Assembly: GCA_965151315.1 (NCBI GenBank)
Contig: CBCTZG010000002.1
Location: 25,817 to 89,816 of the forward strand
Length of the DNA stretch: 64,000 bases
Source: an uncultured Clostridia bacterium
GTDB lineage: Bacteria > Bacillota > Clostridia > UBA1381
Direction of reading: 5' to 3'
This document shows positions 1 to 9,225 of this stretch, piece by piece (the stretch's first letter is position 1; every line of letters starts with the position of its first letter). The notes under the pieces are model-generated. The model saw nothing but the letters and a program-made list of their open reading frames with translations, ran no database searches and was not told the origin of the DNA. A program made the translations under genes and the position numbers.

Positions 1-1
1 G

Positions 2-571
2 ATCAACGAGGCCATTGCCTGCGGTGTGACAGACATTGGCGAAAACAAGGCGCAGGAAATTTTAGAAAAATATGACCGGGTAGATCCCGTGCGGTGGCAC
101 ATGATCGGACACCTGCAGACCAACAAGGTGAAATATATCATTGATAAGGTTTGCATGATCCATTCTGTGGACTCCATAAAGCTGATGGATGAAATTGACC
201 GGCAGGCGCAAAAGCACGGTCTGGTGATGGATATTTTGATCCAAGTGAATATTTCCGGCGAGGAGAGCAAATTTGGTATCCATCCGGATATGCTGCCGGC
301 GCTTTTGGAGCACGCGGGGGCGCTTTCCCATGTACGGGTATGCGGGTTGATGGCGGTCATGCCCAAAGTTAACGACAATGTGACTAACACATTACATTTT
401 GTTAACATAAATGACATTTATATTGACATCCAAAGAAAAACATATCATAATGTTAACATGAGGTATTTGTCTGTGGGGATGAGCGGCGATTACGCGTTTG
501 CTATCCAGCACGGATCGAATATGGTTCGCGTGGGCAGCGCAATTTTTGGGCTGCGGAATTATGATATTTAG
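2..571 (+). CDS. ylmE: YggS/YlmE-family pyridoxal-phosphate-binding protein; the N-terminus lies upstream of the window
   Basis: The frame is open from nt 2 (INEAIACGVTDIGENKAQE...). Motifs 'HMIGHLQTNKVKY' and 'LSVGMSGDY...RVGSAIFG' are typical of the YggS alanine-racemase-N fold. It sits directly upstream of sepF, as in Firmicutes. Confidence 0.9.
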   Translation: MNEAIACGVTDIGENKAQEILEKYDRVDPVRWHMIGHLQTNKVKYIIDKVCMIHSVDSIKLMDEIDRQAQKHGLVMDILIQVNISGEESKFGIHPDMLPALLEHAGALSHVRVCGLMAVMPKVNDNVTNTLHFVNINDIYIDIQRKTYHNVNMRYLSVGMSGDYAFAIQHGSNMVRVGSAIFGLRNYDI

Positions 572-585
572 GGAGGATATGGCGT

Positions 586-1020
586 ATGAGTTTTGTGGAG
601 GCGCTCAAGGATTTTGTGGGTTTCGGCGATGTAGATTACGAGGATGAGGAAATGGATTATGAAGATGAAGTTGTTGAGGATGTAAAACCGCAGCCGCATT
701 TTTCCAAAAAGAGCAAAGTGGTCCCAATTACTGGCCAGGGGAGCCAGGCTAAAATCGTTATTTTAAAGCCGAAATGCTTTAACGATACCACGACCGTCGC
801 AGACGAGCTGAAAATGCGCCGGCCGGTTGTGATTGATGTGGGCGCTTTGGATCCGGATGAGGCCCGGCGGGTGGTAGATTTTATCGCCGGCACGGTTTAC
901 GGTGTAGACGGCAATATGCAAAAGGTTTCCGGCGGGATTTTCCTGGCGACGCCTTCGCACATGGATATTATGGGCGAGGTGCTGAACAATAAGGGGAATT
1001 TTGAGTGGAGCATGTTTTAG
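586..1020 (+). CDS. sepF: Cell division protein SepF
   Basis: 144 aa with an acidic N-terminal linker and a conserved C-terminal core 'KIVILKPKCFNDTTTVADELKMRRPVVIDV...ARRVVDFIAGTVYGVDGNMQKVSGGIFLATP'. GGAGG lies upstream. Confidence 0.9.
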   Translation: MSFVEALKDFVGFGDVDYEDEEMDYEDEVVEDVKPQPHFSKKSKVVPITGQGSQAKIVILKPKCFNDTTTVADELKMRRPVVIDVGALDPDEARRVVDFIAGTVYGVDGNMQKVSGGIFLATPSHMDIMGEVLNNKGNFEWSMF

Positions 1021-1030
1021 GAGCGTACAT

Positions 1031-1057
1031 AAAAAGGCGGAGCTTGCTCCGCCTTTT
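1031..1057 (+). terminator. Rho-independent terminator after sepF
   Basis: A-run, then stem GGCGGAGC/GCTCCGCC (1036-1043 / 1046-1053), followed by TTTT. Confidence 0.7.
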
Positions 1058-1093
1058 CCTATATCGCGGTTATAGTTTGCTGTAGGAAACGGA

Positions 1094-1855
1094 GTGGATT
1101 GCTTGACAGACGAGGAAAAGCTCCTGCTGGCCAGAACGGAGGACTTGTTTACCCTTTGTGATAAATATTGCTGCCCCCGGTTCAGCCCATTCTTAGATGA
1201 GGCGCAGCAGCAGCTGGTTATGGAAAAAATGGGAAACCGAAGCGGGTATACCACCGGATTTTTCGGCGGCTATGCCGGGGCGCGGCGGAAGGTTTTTGGC
1301 GTATTTCCCGAATGGCTTCCCTATTCAGAAGATGATTTTTTAATAAAAGTCCTAAAATTCACAAAAAGTTATGGAGAACCGTTGACACACCGGGATTATC
1401 TTGGTACAATTTTATCATTGGGGATTGACCGGTCAAAAACCGGGGATATCCTGGTGGACGGCGACACAGCCTATGCGTTTGCGGCGGAGGATATCGCGGA
1501 ATTTATCCGGGATCAGATTACCAAAGTGGCCAACCGGGGTGTGCGGATCGAGATCGTCGGCCGCGGCCAGGTCCAGGTGCCGGAACAGAAATACGAGGAA
1601 ATCAGCACGGTGGCCGCGTCGCTGCGGCTAGACGCGGTAACGGCGGCTATGCTGCATATATCCAGGAACCTGGCGGTAAAGCTGGTGGAAGGCGGCCGGG
1701 TCAGCGTAAACCATAAAATCGCGGCAGATCCGGCAAAACAGCTGGCCCGGGACGATGTACTTTCCGTTAAGGGCTATGGGCGCTTTATATTGGCGCAGGT
1801 GGGCGGTAAAACAAGAAGTGAACGGCTTCATGTGGTTATCAAAAAATATATATAG
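1094..1855 (+). CDS. ylmH: YlmH-like RNA-binding S4-domain protein
   Basis: GTG start after AGGAAACGGAG. The C-terminal S4-like segment is 'LRLDAVTAAMLHISRNLAVKLVEGGRVSVNHK...DDVLSVKGYGRFIL'. It lies between sepF and divIVA. Confidence 0.8.
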   Translation: MDCLTDEEKLLLARTEDLFTLCDKYCCPRFSPFLDEAQQQLVMEKMGNRSGYTTGFFGGYAGARRKVFGVFPEWLPYSEDDFLIKVLKFTKSYGEPLTHRDYLGTILSLGIDRSKTGDILVDGDTAYAFAAEDIAEFIRDQITKVANRGVRIEIVGRGQVQVPEQKYEEISTVAASLRLDAVTAAMLHISRNLAVKLVEGGRVSVNHKIAADPAKQLARDDVLSVKGYGRFILAQVGGKTRSERLHVVIKKYI

Positions 1856-1867
1856 GGGGCAATTATC

Positions 1868-2308
1868 ATGTTAACACCAATTGATATTCAAAAACAGGAT
1901 TTCGGCGTAAAGCTGCGGGGGTATAACGCGGACGAAGTCGACGATTTTTTGGATCTGGTCGGCAGCGATTATGAAAAGCTGTATAAGGAAAATATCGAGC
2001 TTAGAGATAAGGTCGCGTCCATGGCTAAGGAAGTAGAGAAATACAAAGCCATGGAGGACACGCTGCAAAACTCCATTATCCTGGCCCAGGGCGCGGCGGA
2101 GGACATCAAGAAAAACGCCAGCCAGCGGGCTGACAATATCATCAGTGAAGCCCATAACAAATCCGAGGATATCCTGCGGCAGATCAATGCGGATATTCTT
2201 GCCAAGAGAAATGAACTCAATAACGTCCAGGTTGAAGTGGAAAGCTATAAAACAAGAATCAAGGGAATTTGCGCCGGACTACTTGAAATGTTAGACAAAA
2301 TAGAGTAA
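1868..2308 (+). CDS. divIVA: DivIVA-domain protein
   Basis: The N-terminus 'MLTPIDIQKQDFGVKLRGYNADEVDDFLDLV' is the canonical DivIVA lipid-binding head. The remainder is coiled-coil-like. Confidence 0.9.
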   Translation: MLTPIDIQKQDFGVKLRGYNADEVDDFLDLVGSDYEKLYKENIELRDKVASMAKEVEKYKAMEDTLQNSIILAQGAAEDIKKNASQRADNIISEAHNKSEDILRQINADILAKRNELNNVQVEVESYKTRIKGICAGLLEMLDKIE

Positions 2309-2385
2309 AATGAAAGGGATGCCGGAAAATGGAAGTTTTCTGACATCCCTGCGTTGTAAATACGAAAGAAAGGACGAAAAAGAGA

Positions 2386-5181
2386 ATGTGCGATAAATGT
2401 CAGGACTTTACCAAGTCGGTCAATCTGCCGTCTACGGATTTTCCAATGCGGGGGAACCTGCCCCAGCGAGAGCCGGAAACCGTGCGGTACTGGGAGGAGA
2501 TCGACCTGTATGGGAAATTAAAGGAGAAGAACCGGGGCAACACCCCCTTTATCCTGCACGACGGCCCGCCCTATGCCAACGGCGACCTGCATATGGGCCA
2601 TGCCCTGAATAAGATTTTAAAGGATATTATCGTCCGGTATAAGAACCTGCAGGGGTATTACGCCCCCTATGTGCCGGGCTGGGACACCCACGGCCTGCCC
2701 ATTGAGCAGCAGGCGATTAAAAAGCTGGGTATCAACCGCCACGAGGCGGGGCCGGTGAAATTTATTGAGGCCTGCCGCCAGTTCGCCCTTTCCCATGTAG
2801 AAAATCAGAAGACCCAGTTCAAGCGGCTGGGTGTGATCGGCGACTGGGATCATCCCTATCTGACTCTGAGCAACGATTTTGTGGCCAAACAGATTGAGAT
2901 TTTTGGTGAGATGGCGAAAAAGGGCTTGATCTATAAGGGCCTGAAGCCAGTATACTGGTGCCCGCACTGTGAAACGGCGCTGGCCGAGGCTGAGATTGAG
3001 TACGCCGAGGACAAAACCAACTCCATTTATGTGAAGTTTGCGGTTAAGGATGATAAGGGCCTGTTTGCGGGATTGGACAATGTATACTTCGTGATCTGGA
3101 CGACGACCACCTGGACGCTGCCCGGCAACGTGGCGATCTGTCTGAACCCGGATTTTGAGTATTCCTTGGTAAAGATGGAAAACGGAGAGATCTATGTACT
3201 AGCCACCGAGCTGATCGAAAGCGTGATGAAGGCTGCGAAAATCACAGGCGGCTATGAAATTGTTAAGCGGTTCAAGGGACAGGAATTGGAGCTGATCACC
3301 TGTCAGCATCCCTTTATGGACCGGGATTCCCTAGTGATTCTAGGCGATCATGTCACCTTAGAAGCCGGTACTGGCTGCGTCCACACCGCGCCGGGACATG
3401 GCGTGGAGGACTATCAGGTTTGCCTGCAATATCCCCAGCTGGAAATTATTGTGCCGGTGGATGACAAGGGGCACTTAAATGAACTGGCAGGCGAATTTGC
3501 GGGCCTGTATTATGAAAAATCCAACCCGAGGATCATTGAAAAGCTGCAGTCCACCGGAAACCTTCTGGCGGTTGAAGAAATTATCCACCAGTATCCCCAT
3601 TGCTGGCGGTGCGACGATCCGATCATCTTCCGGGCGGCGGATCAGTGGTTTGCTTCGGTAGACGCACTGAAAGAAACGGCGGCAAAGGCGATTCAGGGTG
3701 TAAAATGGATTCCCCAGTGGGGCGAAGACAGGATCACCAGCATGGTAATGGACCGCAGCGACTGGTGTATTTCCCGGCAGCGAACCTGGGGCGTACCCAT
3801 TCCCATGTTCTACTGTGCGGAGTGCGGTAAGGAGCTGATCAACGATGAGACCATCAGCGCAGTGAGCAGTCTGTTCCGGACGGAGGGCCCAGATCAGTGG
3901 TGGGCAAAGGAAGCAGACGAGATTCTGCCAGCGGGCACAAAATGCCCGGTTTGCGGCAGCACACACTTTACCAAGGAAAAGGACATCATGGACGTTTGGT
4001 TTGATTCCGGCTCTTCCCATGCGGCGGTATGTGAAGCCCGGGACGATCTGGTCTACCCGGCGGACATGTATTTAGAGGGAAATGACCAATATCGGGGCTG
4101 GTTCCAATCCTCTCTGCTGACCAGTATTGCCACCAAGGGCATTGCGCCGTATAAGACCGTTATTACCCACGGCATGATCCAGGACGGTGAAGGCAAGAAG
4201 ATGTCCAAATCCAAGGGCAACGCCATTCTGCCGGCGGAAATCGTGGACAAATTTGGCGCCGATGTACTGCGGCTCTGGGTCGTTTCCGCCGATTACCGGA
4301 CGGATATGCGCATGAGCCAGGACGCTTTGAAGCAGCTTTCCGAGGGCTATCGGAAGATCCGGAATACAGCCCGGTATATCCTGAGCAATATCAATGATTT
4401 TGATCCCAACAAGGACATGGCGGCTTACGGCGATATGCTGGAAATCGACAAGTGGGCGCTCCTGAAGCTGAACCAGGTGGTGGATAAAGCGATCCGCGCC
4501 TATGAGTCCTATGAATTCCATAGCTTATATAATGCGATTTTGAATTTCTGCATTGTGGATATGAGCAACCTCTATCTGGATGTGCTCAAATCCCGGCTGT
4601 ACACAGAGAAACCAGCGGCGCCGGAGCGCCGGAGCGCCCAAACAGCTATGTTCAAAATCCTGGACGCGCTGGTGAAGCTGCTTGCGCCGGTGCTGGCGTT
4701 TACAGCGGAGGAAATCTGGAAATTTATGCCCCATCTGAACGGCGAGGACACCACCAGCGTAATGCTGTCCCGGATGCCCAAGGTGGAGGCGGAATACCAG
4801 GATCCGGCCCTGGAAGAAAAATGGGCGCAGCTGACGGCTGTCCGCAGCGATGTAAACGGTGCGCTGGAACCGGCCAGAAATGAAAAGCTTATCGGGAAAT
4901 CCCTGGACGCCGAGGTGGTGGTATACGCCAAGGGCGCCTTGTATGAATTGCTGAAAGCAGAGGAGGCCGGCCTGGCCGAGCTGTTTATCACCTCAAAGGC
5001 GACAGTAGAACCTTTGGAAAATGCGTCTGCGGATGCCTTTGTCGGCGAGAACGTATTGGTTCAGGTGGCGGCCAGCCCCTATGAAAAATGCGGCCGGTGC
5101 TGGGTCCATTCCGAAACGGTCGGCACCATTCCTGGCTACGGCGGGATCTGTGCGGATTGCGTGAAAAAGCTGACAAAATAA
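2386..5181 (+). CDS. ileS: Isoleucine--tRNA ligase
   Basis: 931 aa. Class I signatures 'PYANGDLHMGHALNK' and 'KKMSKSKGN', a CP1 editing region, and C-terminal Zn cysteines 'CGRCW...CADC'. Confidence 0.97.
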   Translation: MCDKCQDFTKSVNLPSTDFPMRGNLPQREPETVRYWEEIDLYGKLKEKNRGNTPFILHDGPPYANGDLHMGHALNKILKDIIVRYKNLQGYYAPYVPGWDTHGLPIEQQAIKKLGINRHEAGPVKFIEACRQFALSHVENQKTQFKRLGVIGDWDHPYLTLSNDFVAKQIEIFGEMAKKGLIYKGLKPVYWCPHCETALAEAEIEYAEDKTNSIYVKFAVKDDKGLFAGLDNVYFVIWTTTTWTLPGNVAICLNPDFEYSLVKMENGEIYVLATELIESVMKAAKITGGYEIVKRFKGQELELITCQHPFMDRDSLVILGDHVTLEAGTGCVHTAPGHGVEDYQVCLQYPQLEIIVPVDDKGHLNELAGEFAGLYYEKSNPRIIEKLQSTGNLLAVEEIIHQYPHCWRCDDPIIFRAADQWFASVDALKETAAKAIQGVKWIPQWGEDRITSMVMDRSDWCISRQRTWGVPIPMFYCAECGKELINDETISAVSSLFRTEGPDQWWAKEADEILPAGTKCPVCGSTHFTKEKDIMDVWFDSGSSHAAVCEARDDLVYPADMYLEGNDQYRGWFQSSLLTSIATKGIAPYKTVITHGMIQDGEGKKMSKSKGNAILPAEIVDKFGADVLRLWVVSADYRTDMRMSQDALKQLSEGYRKIRNTARYILSNINDFDPNKDMAAYGDMLEIDKWALLKLNQVVDKAIRAYESYEFHSLYNAILNFCIVDMSNLYLDVLKSRLYTEKPAAPERRSAQTAMFKILDALVKLLAPVLAFTAEEIWKFMPHLNGEDTTSVMLSRMPKVEAEYQDPALEEKWAQLTAVRSDVNGALEPARNEKLIGKSLDAEVVVYAKGALYELLKAEEAGLAELFITSKATVEPLENASADAFVGENVLVQVAASPYEKCGRCWVHSETVGTIPGYGGICADCVKKLTK

Positions 5182-5186
5182 ATTTG

Positions 5187-5219
5187 AAAACAGCGGTTTT
5201 TAGAAACCGCTGTTTTTTT
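5187..5219 (+). terminator. Rho-independent terminator after ileS
   Basis: Stem CAGCGGTTT/AAACCGCTG (5191-5199 / 5204-5212) followed by T7. Confidence 0.8.
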
Positions 5220-5289
5220 CGGGAAAGCACAAAAACATCTTTTCTTTTTTTCTGGAATATGATACAATAGATAGCAAATAAGATAAGGG

Positions 5290-6384
5290 ATGGAAGATAT
5301 GGAACGGCTGCATTTAGATTTACAGGAACAGGGATACGATATTGTTTTTTCTGCGGATTTTTCCGGACTGTGTGGCTGCCTGGGGGAAATCCAGGCTCCC
5401 CAAAAGCTTTTGGTGGTAACGGACACCAATGTGGAGAAGCTTTACGGCGGCGAGGTAACGGCGCTTCTTAAGGCTGCCGGATATGATGCCAGATTGTTTG
5501 CGTTCCCGGCAGGAGAGCCCCAGAAGAATATGGATACGGTCTTAGGAATCTGCGCGGCCTGTATCGGCCATGGCATGGACCGGCGGAGTATAATCGCTGC
5601 CTTGGGCGGCGGCGTGGTGGGCGACATGGCCGGCTTCGCGGCGGCGATCTATATGCGGGGTATCCCCTTCGTGCAGGTGCCGACCACACTGCTAAGCCAG
5701 ACGGACAGCAGCGTGGGAGGGAAAACAGGGATTGATTTTCAGGACGGGAAAAATATATTGGGTGCATTTCATCAGCCAAAATTGGTATATATCAACGTGT
5801 CCGTGTTAAAAACCCTGCCGAAGCGGGAATTGATTTCTGGTATGGGGGAAGTGATTAAGCACGGCATTATCCAGGATAAGGTATTTTTTGAAGAGCTGGA
5901 GAAAAATCATGACCGGATTCAGGCGCTAGAGCCGGACGACCTGATCCGCATGACAAAGAAAAACTGCGGCATTAAGGCAGAAGTGGTTATGGAGGATACC
6001 TTTGAAACCGGCCGCCGGGCCAACCTGAACCTGGGCCACACCATTGGCCATGCGTTAGAAAGCGATCTGCATTTTACATGGCCCCACGGGGAATGCGTTG
6101 GAATTGGGACGATTGCCGCAGCGTATATCGCCTGCCGGCGGGGAATGATTTCTGAGGAGACACTGGGCCGGATAGAAAATATTTTCAGGCTATACAATTT
6201 CCGGACCCGGGTAAAGCTGGCGGATCCGGGGCGGGTGTTGATACTCATGCAGAAGGACAAGAAGAAAATTGATGGGCGGCTGAAATTTATATTGCCTACA
6301 GGGATCGGCAGCGTGATCCAGGTTACAGATGTGACGGAACAAGAGATTTTAGACGCTTTGGCATATATCCAGACGAGAAATTAG
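5290..6384 (+). CDS. aroB: 3-dehydroquinate synthase
   Basis: 'GGGVVGDMAGFAAAIYMRGIPFVQVPTTLLSQTDSSVGGKTGIDF' and 'NLGHTIGHALE' are the DHQS NAD/metal motifs. The start may instead be the ATG at 5299. Confidence 0.93.
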   Translation: MEDMERLHLDLQEQGYDIVFSADFSGLCGCLGEIQAPQKLLVVTDTNVEKLYGGEVTALLKAAGYDARLFAFPAGEPQKNMDTVLGICAACIGHGMDRRSIIAALGGGVVGDMAGFAAAIYMRGIPFVQVPTTLLSQTDSSVGGKTGIDFQDGKNILGAFHQPKLVYINVSVLKTLPKRELISGMGEVIKHGIIQDKVFFEELEKNHDRIQALEPDDLIRMTKKNCGIKAEVVMEDTFETGRRANLNLGHTIGHALESDLHFTWPHGECVGIGTIAAAYIACRRGMISEETLGRIENIFRLYNFRTRVKLADPGRVLILMQKDKKKIDGRLKFILPTGIGSVIQVTDVTEQEILDALAYIQTRN

Positions 6385-6477
6385 CAAATAGGCATCGAAA
6401 TATGGGTACGCATCTTCGGGGGAGCGTGTATGCGGCAGAGTCTTTTGCGTGCATAAATTAAGAAAGAGGTTTCAAAT

Positions 6478-7125
6478 ATGATTTTATGGCTGATTCTGGC
6501 GTTGCTGACTGTTGGCGGCGACCAGCTGACAAAATATTTCGTGGTGACGAATATCGGCGGCAGTGATACGGTCCCGGCGATTCCGGGGCTGATTGATTTT
6601 GTTAATGTACAGAATACAGGCGCGGCGTTTAGTATTCTATCTAACAATATTGAACTGCTGAGTGTGATTTCCAGTATTTTCTGTATTGGCGTCGTGGTAT
6701 ACATGGTTACGCAGCGGCCAAAGCATAAGCTGCTGATCACGTCCCTGGGGCTTTTATTCGGCGGTGCGGCGGGGAATGTGATCGACCGGATTTTCCGGGG
6801 GTATGTAGTGGATTTTATTGAAACCACCTTTATCCGGTTCCCAGTGTTTAACATAGCGGATGTAGCCATTACCATCGGCGCAGTTTTATTGGTGATCTAT
6901 ATCTTGTTTTTTGACAAAAAGGAAATGGAACGCCGGGCGCGGGAGATGGCAGCAGTTGGTGTGGTGGAGCAGGCCCAGCCCGCAGCAGCCGGGGAGCCGG
7001 AAACAGCCGAAGCGGAAGAAACAGAAGAAATAGATGAAACAAGCGAAGAAACAGACGGAGAGGAAGGACTGGGGGACCAATCCAACGAAGGAGCGGATCA
7101 TGGAGAAGCGGATTCTGACAGCTAA
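6478..7125 (+). CDS. lspA: Lipoprotein signal peptidase II with an acidic C-terminal extension
   Basis: Membrane core with 'GNVIDRIFRGYVVDF' and 'FNIADVAITIGAVLL'. The last ~65 aa are an E/D/A/T-rich tail. The RBS is AAGAAAGAGG. Confidence 0.85.
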   Translation: MILWLILALLTVGGDQLTKYFVVTNIGGSDTVPAIPGLIDFVNVQNTGAAFSILSNNIELLSVISSIFCIGVVVYMVTQRPKHKLLITSLGLLFGGAAGNVIDRIFRGYVVDFIETTFIRFPVFNIADVAITIGAVLLVIYILFFDKKEMERRAREMAAVGVVEQAQPAAAGEPETAEAEETEEIDETSEETDGEEGLGDQSNEGADHGEADSDS

Positions 7126-8017
7126 AGCGGAGGACGCCGGAGCGAGGTTGGATAAATTTATCAGCCAAGCCATGGGCCTGTCCCGCTCTTATGCGGCGAA
7201 CCTGGCCCGGGAAGGCGCGGTGACCTTGCTGGATGGGAAAAAGCTGGATAAAAATTATAAACTGCGGGGCGGGGAGGGCATCCTCCTGTGCCTGCCGGAG
7301 CCGGAAGCTTTAGAGCTGATACCGGAAAATATCCCGCTGGATATTGTTTATGAGGATCAGGATCTGTTAGTGGTGAATAAACCCCAGGGGATGGTGGTGC
7401 ATCCGGCGCCGGGGAATTACACGGGTACGCTGGTTAACGCGCTTTTATATCATTGCCGGGGGAACCTGTCCGCAATCAACGGCGTTGTGCGGCCGGGAAT
7501 TGTCCACCGGATCGACAAGGATACCAGCGGGCTGCTGGTGGTAGCGAAAAATAACGAGGCGCACGTCAAACTTTCCGGGCAGATCAAGGAAAAAAAGGCG
7601 GTGCGCCGGTATGAAGCGCTTTTAAACGGGGTTTTAAAAGAAGACGGCACAGTGAATAAGCCCATCGGCCGGCATCCGGCTGACCGGAAGAGGATGGCCG
7701 TGGTACCGGGGGGCCGGGAGGCTGTGACCCATTACCGGGTGCTGGAGCAGTTTTTGGGCTATACCTTGGCGGAGTGTATCCTGGAAACCGGCCGCACCCA
7801 CCAGATCCGGGTCCATATGGCCTCTATCGGCCACAGCGTGGTGGGTGACCCGGTATATGGTGTAAAGAAAGAAAAATTTCAGCTCAAAGGGCAGCTGCTC
7901 CATGCCAAAACTATCGGCTTTGCCCATCCCCGGACCGGGGCGTATATGGAATTTTCCGCGGAATTGCCGGAATATTTTACGGCGGTTTTGAAGATTTTGC
8001 GTAGAAAAAGTGAATAA
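7100..8017 (+). CDS. rluD: RluA/RluD-family 23S rRNA pseudouridine synthase
   Basis: N-terminal S4 segment 'ARLDKFISQAMGLSRSYAANL' and the catalytic motif 'HRIDKDTSGLLVVAKN'. The start is taken at MEKRIL; the longer ORF from 7034 overlaps the lspA tail. Confidence 0.9.
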   Translation: MEKRILTAKAEDAGARLDKFISQAMGLSRSYAANLAREGAVTLLDGKKLDKNYKLRGGEGILLCLPEPEALELIPENIPLDIVYEDQDLLVVNKPQGMVVHPAPGNYTGTLVNALLYHCRGNLSAINGVVRPGIVHRIDKDTSGLLVVAKNNEAHVKLSGQIKEKKAVRRYEALLNGVLKEDGTVNKPIGRHPADRKRMAVVPGGREAVTHYRVLEQFLGYTLAECILETGRTHQIRVHMASIGHSVVGDPVYGVKKEKFQLKGQLLHAKTIGFAHPRTGAYMEFSAELPEYFTAVLKILRRKSE

Positions 8018-8041
8018 ATTATAAATTTACCGGGAATTTGG

Positions 8042-8070
8042 TTGAAAATTCTGGGCGACGGGTGTATGAT
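8042..8070 (+). promoter_or_regulatory. Putative sigma-70-type promoter for ddl
   Basis: TTGAAA (8042-8047), 17-nt spacer, TATGAT (8065-8070). Confidence 0.4.
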
Positions 8071-8126
8071 AGAATCAGATACTGCATAAATTGATGATAG
8101 ATCAAAAAAATGGGAGTGTTATTGTT

Positions 8127-9203
8127 TTGAAAAAGAAAATCAAACTGTGTGTCGTGTTTGGCGGGCAGTCGCCGGAGCACGATATTTCCTGTAAGTCGGT
8201 GGTCTCTGTGCTGAAAAATCTGAACCGGGACCGCTATCGGATACATAAGATTTGGATCACGAAAAAGGGACAGTGGTTTTTATATACAGGCAAGGACGAA
8301 AAAATTGCCGATGGGACGTGGAAAACCGATAAACAGCATTTGCACAAGGCGGTGATCTCTCCCGACGCCGGCGACCGGGCGATCCTTGTGTTTGGGGAAG
8401 ATAAAGTTAAAAAAATTAAGCTAGACGCTGTATTTCCGGTGCTCCATGGGGAACACGGAGAGGACGGGACCATCCAGGGGCTTCTGGAGCTTGCCAATAT
8501 CCCCTATGTGGGGATGGGCGTGGTATCCTCCGCAAACAGTATGGATAAAACCTTTACGAAAATTATCCTGCAGTCGGCGGGGATCCCCCAGGCGGACTGG
8601 GTGACGGTAAACACCTGGGAGCTAGACCGGCTGGAGGAAGCCATGGACGAGGCAGAGCGGCGGCTGGGATATCCCTGCTTTGTCAAGCCGGCTACTACGG
8701 GGTCTTCCGTAGGCGTAGGCAAGGCCCATAACCGGGCCGAGCTTGCGGCTGGGATTCAAAATGCGGCAAAATTTGCCCGTAAGATCCTGGTGGAGGAGAA
8801 TATTGACGGCCGTGAGGTAGAGTGCTCCGTTTTAGGCAACGAAAAACCGGCGGCTGCCGAAGTGGGCGAGATCATGCCGACTGTTGAGTTTTATGATTTT
8901 GATGCGAAATATAACGATGAATCTACCAAGCTCCAGATCCCGGCGGATATCCCCCCAAAAACCCGGGAACAGATCCGGGAATACGCTGTCCGGGCATTCC
9001 GGGCCATGGATGGCGCGGGTCTTTCCCGGGTAGACTTTTTCATCCGCCATGCCGACGGCGCCGTGATTTTAAATGAACTGAACACCATGCCCGGGTTTAC
9101 GAATATCAGCATGTATCCCAAGCTGTGGCAAGCCATGGGCCTGGAATACGGGCCTTTATTAGACCGGCTGGTAGAGCTTGGGCTGGAGAGCAAAAAGCAG
9201 TAA
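8127..9203 (+). CDS. ddl: D-alanine--D-alanine ligase
   Basis: 'KLCVVFGGQSPEHDIS', 'FPVLHGEHGEDGTIQGLLE', and the ATP-grasp C-terminus 'GLSRVDFF...LNELNTMPGFT'. The start is uncertain: TTG at 8127 follows GGGAG, while the ORF track begins at 8091. Confidence 0.9.
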   Translation: MKKKIKLCVVFGGQSPEHDISCKSVVSVLKNLNRDRYRIHKIWITKKGQWFLYTGKDEKIADGTWKTDKQHLHKAVISPDAGDRAILVFGEDKVKKIKLDAVFPVLHGEHGEDGTIQGLLELANIPYVGMGVVSSANSMDKTFTKIILQSAGIPQADWVTVNTWELDRLEEAMDEAERRLGYPCFVKPATTGSSVGVGKAHNRAELAAGIQNAAKFARKILVEENIDGREVECSVLGNEKPAAAEVGEIMPTVEFYDFDAKYNDESTKLQIPADIPPKTREQIREYAVRAFRAMDGAGLSRVDFFIRHADGAVILNELNTMPGFTNISMYPKLWQAMGLEYGPLLDRLVELGLESKKQ

Positions 9204-9225
9204 ACAAATGGGAAGGGAAAAGCGA

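Noticed and set aside
2309-2385. A possible T-box leader upstream of ileS, and likewise upstream of argS/aroF at 33451-33530.
   Set aside because: Only 77 nt separate divIVA from ileS. There is one modest hairpin (GGGATG...CATCCC) and no T-box-like AGGGTGGNACCGCG element. argS is 12 nt behind aroF, and the aroF leader is under 50 nt. Both are too short for T-box riboswitches.
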